From: a bacterium
GTDB taxonomy: Bacteria > Patescibacteriota > UBA1384 > VFKW01
Assembly: GCA_030647355.1 (NCBI GenBank)
Contig: JAUSIS010000004.1
Coordinates: 4,066 to 68,065 of the forward strand
Direction: 5' to 3'
DNA: 64,000 bases
The notes under the pieces were generated by a model that was given only the letters and a program-made list of their open reading frames with translations, was not told the DNA's origin and did no database searches. Both the position numbers and the translations under genes were made by a program. Numbering within the stretch: position 1 is the first letter of the stretch; every line of letters starts with the position of its first letter. Below are positions 58,352-64,000 of this stretch, piece by piece.

Positions 58352-60148
58352 ATGAGCAAAAAAAAACAACATAAAAATAGCTGGAAGAATCAAGTACATC
58401 GAAATGGCGAAAGACAGGAGCAAATTCCGATAAAAGGCATGCATTGCCGCTCTTGTGAGATTTTAATTGAAGATGAACTAAACAAAATACCCTCGATAAT
58501 AAAGATAGCAGTTAACCATAAAAACGGGATAGCGACTATCCGCCATGAAGGTACGGTCGACATGGAAGCAGTTAATAAGGCTATCCAAGATGCCGGTTAT
58601 GAGATAGGCATCGAGCGAAAAGATTTTGTCTCGAAAAATTTTGAGGATTATAAAGACCTATATATATCGGCAGTCATCTTGCTTAGTCTATATATTATAT
58701 ATAAGTGGACGGGCTTATCGAGTTTAAGCATCGGATCTTCAAGCGGCTATTCCAGCTTGCCTGTAGTTTTGTTGGTTGGCCTAACCGCCGGATTTTCTAC
58801 TTGCATGGTTCTGGTTGGAGGATTGGTGCTTGGGATATCTGCTCGGCATAGCGAGAAACATCCGGAAGCGACGGCTCTGCAAAAATTTCGACCTCATATA
58901 TTCTTTAACATCGGGCGTATTATCTCCTTCTTTACTCTGGGCGGACTTATCGGGGTTTTAGGATCGGTATTTCAGCTTTCCGGCCCGACTCTTGGATTGC
59001 TTACAATTATAGTTGGTTTCGTGATGATAGTGTTGGGTATCCAATTAATTGAGATTTTTCCCGGGTTGAAAAGCGGTAGCTTCACTCTACCTAAACAAAT
59101 CAGTCAATTCTTCGGCATGAAAGAGCGGCATAACAAAGAATACAGCCATAAAAATTCAACAATTATGGGCGCCTTAACTTTCTTTTTACCCTGCGGTTTT
59201 ACCCAAGCAATGCAGCTGTATGCTATTTCCACCGGAAGTTTTAAGACCGGCGCCCTTGTCATGGGTATTTTTGCGATCGGGACAATGCCGGGATTATTGG
59301 GGGTTGGCGGACTGACCTCTATTATCAAAGGCGCATTTGCAAAAAGATTCTTCAAATTTGCCGGCCTACTAGTTATTATCTTGGCATTTGTTAACATTTC
59401 TCATGGTTACAATTTAATTGGTTGGAAAATTAATTTAGCAGGATCGAAAAAGATTATAGCTGATGCTAATGATCCGAATGTTAATATAGAAAATGGTATT
59501 CAGGTGATTCGCATGACCCAAAATACTAACGGTTACTCCCCTAGTAATTTCACAATTAAAGCCGACATCCCCTCGCGATGGATTATCGATGGCCGAGATC
59601 CTACTTCTTGTTCGAGTGCCATCATTTCATCTAAATTTGGGATAAGAAAAATTCTTAAGCAAGGGAAAAATGTAATCGAGTTTACCCCCAAAGAAACCGG
59701 AGAGGCAACTTTCTCCTGCCTAATGGGTATGTATCGCGGACAATTTACTATAATTGAAAATAGTAGTAAGTATGCTAAAGAGAGTGAGAATCTTCAGGCA
59801 CCAACAGACGATAAACCGCAAGTGCAGCAGGCTCCGACACAAACTGCGCCTGCGCCAAAACCAAATTCAGACATACAAATCATTAAAGCGACCTTTGATA
59901 CTGACCGGGGTATTATCCCCAACGCGTTCGAAGTTTCAGTCGGAAAGCCAGTTCGTTTCGAAATTGATGCCAAGGAAGACGGATTCGGTTGCATGTCAAC
60001 AATTGGGATTCCCGGCCTAGTTGACCAGCCGGAGCTACTCGAAAAAGGTAAAACTATTAATTTTTCTTTCACGCCAAAAAAACAGGGCGAATACGATATC
60101 ACCTGCGCCATGGGCGTTCCTTTTGGAGCTACATTAAAGGTTAACTGA
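58352..60148 (+). CDS. Fusion protein: N-terminal HMA (GMHCRSC) domain + DsbD_2/TauE-like Cys-containing membrane domain + two C-terminal cupredoxin-like domains
   Basis: IKGMHCRSCEILIE metal-binding motif. TM helices with FSTCMVL and FFLPCGF. Two repeats of ..F..V..G.PVRFEI/..IEFTP..G..F.C.MG.. (Cupredoxin_1-like). Confidence 0.55.
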   Translation: MSKKKQHKNSWKNQVHRNGERQEQIPIKGMHCRSCEILIEDELNKIPSIIKIAVNHKNGIATIRHEGTVDMEAVNKAIQDAGYEIGIERKDFVSKNFEDYKDLYISAVILLSLYIIYKWTGLSSLSIGSSSGYSSLPVVLLVGLTAGFSTCMVLVGGLVLGISARHSEKHPEATALQKFRPHIFFNIGRIISFFTLGGLIGVLGSVFQLSGPTLGLLTIIVGFVMIVLGIQLIEIFPGLKSGSFTLPKQISQFFGMKERHNKEYSHKNSTIMGALTFFLPCGFTQAMQLYAISTGSFKTGALVMGIFAIGTMPGLLGVGGLTSIIKGAFAKRFFKFAGLLVIILAFVNISHGYNLIGWKINLAGSKKIIADANDPNVNIENGIQVIRMTQNTNGYSPSNFTIKADIPSRWIIDGRDPTSCSSAIISSKFGIRKILKQGKNVIEFTPKETGEATFSCLMGMYRGQFTIIENSSKYAKESENLQAPTDDKPQVQQAPTQTAPAPKPNSDIQIIKATFDTDRGIIPNAFEVSVGKPVRFEIDAKEDGFGCMSTIGIPGLVDQPELLEKGKTINFSFTPKKQGEYDITCAMGVPFGATLKVN

Positions 60149-60236
60149 AGTTAGCAACTCTTAGTAATAAGTGAGATATTGACAACAAATTCAATGACCT
60201 ATACCATAGGTGTAGGTGAATAAAGAAAGGGTTAAT

Positions 60237-60455
60237 ATGCAAACACTATTTACTCAAAAAGTAAAAATCTCTGGTATGACATGCGGTGCATGCGCTAAGC
60301 TAATCAGCAAACGGATAAGTAAAATTGATGGGGTTCAAGATATTAAAATAGAAAACAATACCGGTGAAACGGAAATTGTCAGCACACAAGATCTTGATAT
60401 TAGCGCAATCCAAAACGCCCTCGGCGAGACCGAATATAAAGTCGTTAATTTGTAA
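60237..60455 (+). CDS. copZ: Copper chaperone CopZ (single HMA domain)
   Basis: KISGMTCGACAKLI metal-binding loop. About 72 aa. Confidence 0.75.
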   Translation: MQTLFTQKVKISGMTCGACAKLISKRISKIDGVQDIKIENNTGETEIVSTQDLDISAIQNALGETEYKVVNL

Positions 60456-60464
60456 GGAGTAAAA

Positions 60465-63431
60465 ATGGCCAAAAAACTAGAGCTGAAAATTGAGGGTATG
60501 CACTGTAATTCTTGTGTCGCTCTGATCCAGGAAGAGCTAAAGGAACTGGACGGAATTACTGATATAAATATCGATCCTGAAAAAGGGAGCGGGAGTTTGG
60601 TTTTAAATAACGAATCAGTTTCCACTGCACAAATTATCGAGGCGATTAAGCTGGCAGGTTATAAAGCTGAAGTAGTGGGAGAATCGGAAGATAAAAAAGA
60701 AGACTCGGACATTTCAATTAAACAAAAAACGATTGCTAACGGCAAACCTTTGAAAGTTAAAATTGAATCCAAGATCGAAGCTGTGGGCAAAATTATTCAG
60801 GATGAAGACGGTCGCCCAGTATTCGATGGTAAGATCCAGAACGATCGCAGTGCCGAAATAAGTGTTCCCGATAGAGATATTGAAGCAAATGGATTGCTCA
60901 AGCAGTTTGTTAATTCGATTAACATTACTAATATATTTGATAACAATCCTACGCAAAATGTAAAATCAATCGGCGAGGGTAATGAAAAATCTCAAAATGC
61001 CGATAAGCCTGATAGTCCAGTTCAGCAAAGCTTAAGCTCCAGTAGAAAAATATCTTTATCGCTGTCCGGTATGCATTGCGCCTCCTGTGCAGGTATTATT
61101 GAAAGGTCTTTGAAAAAAGTTTCGGGGGTCAGCCAGGCCAATGTTAATTTTGCCGCCGAAAAGGCATCTGTTATTTTCAATGAAAATCTTTCTCCGGTTG
61201 AAGATTTAATCAAGGCGGTTAAGAACGCCGGCTACAAAGCCGTTGTTGTTGATGAAAAGGACACAGAGTACGATTCTCGCAAGCGCCAAAGGGAAATTAA
61301 TTCTTTGTGGAGAAACTTTAGTGTCAGTTTTATTCTAAGCCTACCGATGCTTTACTTCATGTTTTTGGATTTCTTCAAATGGCTTCCCGGTGCCGGTAGT
61401 TTCCCACCTTATTTTGGAATAGTTTCCCTCATTTTAGCTACACCCGTTCAGTTTGGAGTCGGGGCCGGCTTTTATAAAGGTATGTGGTCAAGCCTGAAAA
61501 TGCGCACCTTCAACATGGATAGCCTGATTGCCATTGGCACTACCACGGCTTATGTATACAGCTTATTCAATTATATAAATTACGTATTGGTCAATAATTC
61601 TATCTTCGGTCTGAACGGTGCAAAAATCCCTGATTTATATTTTGAAACAGCCGCCTTCTTGATCACATTTGTCATTTTGGGCAAATGGTTGGAGGCAAGA
61701 GCCAAAGGAAAAACTTCCGATGCTATTAAAAAATTGATGGGACTACAGGCCAAAACGGCTCGCGTTATCAGAAATGGCGTTACCCAAGACATCGCAATTG
61801 ATGATGTAATCAACGGCGATACTATTTTAGTTCGCCCCGGGGAAAAAGTCCCGGTTGACGGTAAAATCACCAAAGGTTCTTCGGCAGTTGATGAATCAAT
61901 GCTTACCGGAGAAAGCTTGCCGGTGGAAAAAAATGTCGGCGATATGGTAGTCGGCGCCACTATTAATAAAACCGGTAGTTTTGAATTTACGGCCACAAGG
62001 GTTGGCAGTGAAACAACTCTTGCTCAAATTATCCGATTGATCGAAGAAGCCCAAGGTTCCAAAGCCCCCATTCAGGCTTTTGCCGATCGCATTTCCTCCT
62101 GGTTTGTGCCGGCCGTTATCGGGTTGGCCATTCTCACCTTCCTTATTTGGTACTTGGCCCTTGGCGCTACACTAGCCTTCTCGCTTATGGCTTTCACCGC
62201 CGTTATCGTTATCGCTTGTCCTTGCGCCCTCGGGCTAGCCACACCAACCGCCATTATGGTTGGAACAGGTAAAGGCGCCGAACAAGGAATCTTGATTAAA
62301 GGCGGCGAACCCCTTGAAAAAGCTTGTAAAATTAATACCGTAGTTTTTGACAAAACAGGAACTTTGACCCACGGCAAACCGGTGGTTACCGACGTTCTCA
62401 GTTTTAGCGGGAACAGCGATGAAGATGAAATTATGATGATTGCCGGCAGTCTAGAAAAATCTTCCGAACACCCATTGGCCGAAGCCATCTATAACTATGC
62501 CAATGAAGAATCAATCGACCTAAGCGAGGTTGACAATTTCAAAGCCGTTCCCGGGCATGGTGTTGAAGGTATTATTAATAAAACAAAATATTTCCTTGGG
62601 AACCGAAAATTAATTACCGATATAGTCGGACTCGGAATTGAGAAAATCGACCGAAAGCTTTCCCGCCTTGAGGAGCAAGGTAAAACCACCATGATCCTGG
62701 CCACCGAAAAAGAGATATTGGGAACGGTTGCTGTTGCCGACACGGTTAAAGAGACCTCAAAGGAAGCTATCTCGAAACTCAAAGTGATGGGTGTTGAAGT
62801 TTATATGATTACCGGCGACAACGAGCGAACCGCCCGAGCCATTGCCAGTCAAGTCGGCATTACCAATGTCCTATCCGAAGTCCTGCCGGAAGATAAAGCC
62901 AATGAGGTAAAAAAATTACAGGAAAATAATAAAAAAGTAGCTATGGTGGGCGACGGCATTAATGACGCCCCTGCTTTGGCTCAAGCCGATCTGGGAATTG
63001 CTATGGGTTCGGGAACCGATGTAGCCATGGAGGCCGGCGGCATTGTTATAATTAAAAATGATCTAAATGATGTCGTAAAGGCGATCGAACTATCCAAGGA
63101 AACTATGGGTAAAATCCGACAGAATATGTTCTTCGCGCTTTTCTATAATGTAATTGGCATACCGATTGCAGCTCGTGTTTTTGCCGGCTATGGACTAGTT
63201 CTGAAGCCGGAATTAGCCGGGTTAGCGATGGCCTTTAGTTCTATTTCGGTTGTTACTAATTCGCTGCTACTTCGCTATTTTAGACCGTTCAAGAAGAATT
63301 ATATCTCCATGCTGGCACCAGTTATTATGGCCATTTTATTCACCCTAATGTTCATAGAGTTTGCTCGACTCAGTTCCAAAATGAATACTGAAAAATCGAT
63401 GGAAAAAACAAACGTCCGGCAAGATAGGTAA
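60465..63431 (+). CDS. copA: Copper-translocating P1B-type ATPase CopA with two N-terminal HMA domains
   Basis: GMHCNSC and GMHCASC HMA motifs. CPC ([11 protein letters not shown]) in TM6. DKTGTLT phosphorylation site. [10 protein letters not shown] hinge. Confidence 0.9.
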   Translation: MAKKLELKIEGMHCNSCVALIQEELKELDGITDINIDPEKGSGSLVLNNESVSTAQIIEAIKLAGYKAEVVGESEDKKEDSDISIKQKTIANGKPLKVKIESKIEAVGKIIQDEDGRPVFDGKIQNDRSAEISVPDRDIEANGLLKQFVNSINITNIFDNNPTQNVKSIGEGNEKSQNADKPDSPVQQSLSSSRKISLSLSGMHCASCAGIIERSLKKVSGVSQANVNFAAEKASVIFNENLSPVEDLIKAVKNAGYKAVVVDEKDTEYDSRKRQREINSLWRNFSVSFILSLPMLYFMFLDFFKWLPGAGSFPPYFGIVSLILATPVQFGVGAGFYKGMWSSLKMRTFNMDSLIAIGTTTAYVYSLFNYINYVLVNNSIFGLNGAKIPDLYFETAAFLITFVILGKWLEARAKGKTSDAIKKLMGLQAKTARVIRNGVTQDIAIDDVINGDTILVRPGEKVPVDGKITKGSSAVDESMLTGESLPVEKNVGDMVVGATINKTGSFEFTATRVGSETTLAQIIRLIEEAQGSKAPIQAFADRISSWFVPAVIGLAILTFLIWYLALGATLAFSLMAFTAVIVIACPCALGLATPTAIMVGTGKGAEQGILIKGGEPLEKACKINTVVFDKTGTLTHGKPVVTDVLSFSGNSDEDEIMMIAGSLEKSSEHPLAEAIYNYANEESIDLSEVDNFKAVPGHGVEGIINKTKYFLGNRKLITDIVGLGIEKIDRKLSRLEEQGKTTMILATEKEILGTVAVADTVKETSKEAISKLKVMGVEVYMITGDNERTARAIASQVGITNVLSEVLPEDKANEVKKLQENNKKVAMVGDGINDAPALAQADLGIAMGSGTDVAMEAGGIVIIKNDLNDVVKAIELSKETMGKIRQNMFFALFYNVIGIPIAARVFAGYGLVLKPELAGLAMAFSSISVVTNSLLLRYFRPFKKNYISMLAPVIMAILFTLMFIEFARLSSKMNTEKSMEKTNVRQDR

Positions 63432-63452
63432 GTTAATTTATATAGGAGAGTT

Positions 63453-63938
63453 ATGAGAAACTACTTGGCTGCATTTATAGTTATCATACTATTAGTGATA
63501 CTTGGCGCAATTGCCATTGGTGGAAGCAATACCAATCCTTCGTATTCCCAAAAAGACCCCAATAAGCCGATTGCCCAGGTTAATGAAAAAAGCTTCAACC
63601 TGGGAGATATGAATGTTAATGACACTAAAGCGTACGATTTTTCGATTACCAACACCGGAAAAAAAGATCTTACGCTTAACAGAATATCGACTTCGTGCGA
63701 TTGTACTTTTGCTAAGATAATAAAGGCAGATGGCACAGAAAGTCCAAACTTGACAATGAACTCGGCGAATCAATGGCAGACCAGCTTAAAAACAGGCGAG
63801 TCAGCCAAACTTCGAGTTACCTACAAGCCATCAATAATGCCTCTGGAGGGATTGGTTGACCGCTATGCTACAGTTGCAACTAATGACCCAGATAATCCAA
63901 AGTTAGAGTTCAAGGTGAGTGCCAAGGTGTCAAAATGA
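63453..63938 (+). CDS. DUF1573-like membrane-anchored protein (CxC motif)
   Basis: N-terminal TM helix. ..KKDLTLNRISTSCDCTF.. resembles DUF1573. Confidence 0.45.
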   Translation: MRNYLAAFIVIILLVILGAIAIGGSNTNPSYSQKDPNKPIAQVNEKSFNLGDMNVNDTKAYDFSITNTGKKDLTLNRISTSCDCTFAKIIKADGTESPNLTMNSANQWQTSLKTGESAKLRVTYKPSIMPLEGLVDRYATVATNDPDNPKLEFKVSAKVSK

Positions 63939-64000
63939 GTCTTTGGCCATTGTTTATTGCAGGCATAACCGATTCTTACAATCCGTGCAGCGTGGGAGTG
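63935..64000 (+). CDS. Partial CDS (5' end only): CcdA/DsbD-like thiol:disulfide transmembrane protein (putative)
   Basis: MSLWPLFIAGITDSYNPCSVG.. continues past the window end. The ATG overlaps the upstream stop (ATGA). Confidence 0.3.
   Translation, partial: MSLWPLFIAGITDSYNPCSVGV

Overview
This 64-kb window is low-GC and gene-dense. It looks like a small-genome, CPR/Patescibacteria-like bacterium, judged from split comEC, DUF2207, many short hypothetical membrane proteins and sparse metabolism. This assignment is an inference from gene content.

Core genes I can support:
- miaB-like and miaA tRNA modification genes, secG, comM, the dnaK–dnaJ-like–grpE chaperone set, ruvA/ruvC/recG, comEA and comEC.
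- An ABC-2 exporter, yebC, a glycan phosphorylase cluster and a copper-homeostasis cluster (csoR, copZ, copA).
- Five tRNA genes.

Accessory or unusual content:
1. A tRNA-Lys(UUU) gene interrupted in its anticodon loop by a ~251-nt ORF-less group I intron. The intron carries the canonical R/S (P7) core elements and resembles the tRNA-Leu(UAA) intron family.
2. Four decayed copies of the 3' end of that tRNA-Lys, inverted relative to the gene, punctuating a cluster of small hypothetical ORFs just upstream.
3. A complete IS481-family insertion sequence (IS) with 19-bp imperfect terminal inverted repeats (IRs).
4. A VTC/CYTH-like (polyphosphate-polymerase-type triphosphate tunnel) gene split by a frameshift at a G5 tract. 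It sits behind a promoter-overlapping palindrome and next to an orphan PEP-utilizing phosphohistidine-domain protein.
5. A DpnI-like methyl-directed restriction endonuclease whose start codon overlaps the stop of a truncated DPPY-type DNA methyltransferase remnant.
6. A partial HTH + LAGLIDADG-like ORF at the window edge, next to two tRNAs.
7. A perfect palindrome upstream of dnaK that is not CIRCE or HAIR.

No rRNA genes and no CRISPR arrays are present. All functional calls come from motif-level recognition in the supplied translations and have not been verified by searches.
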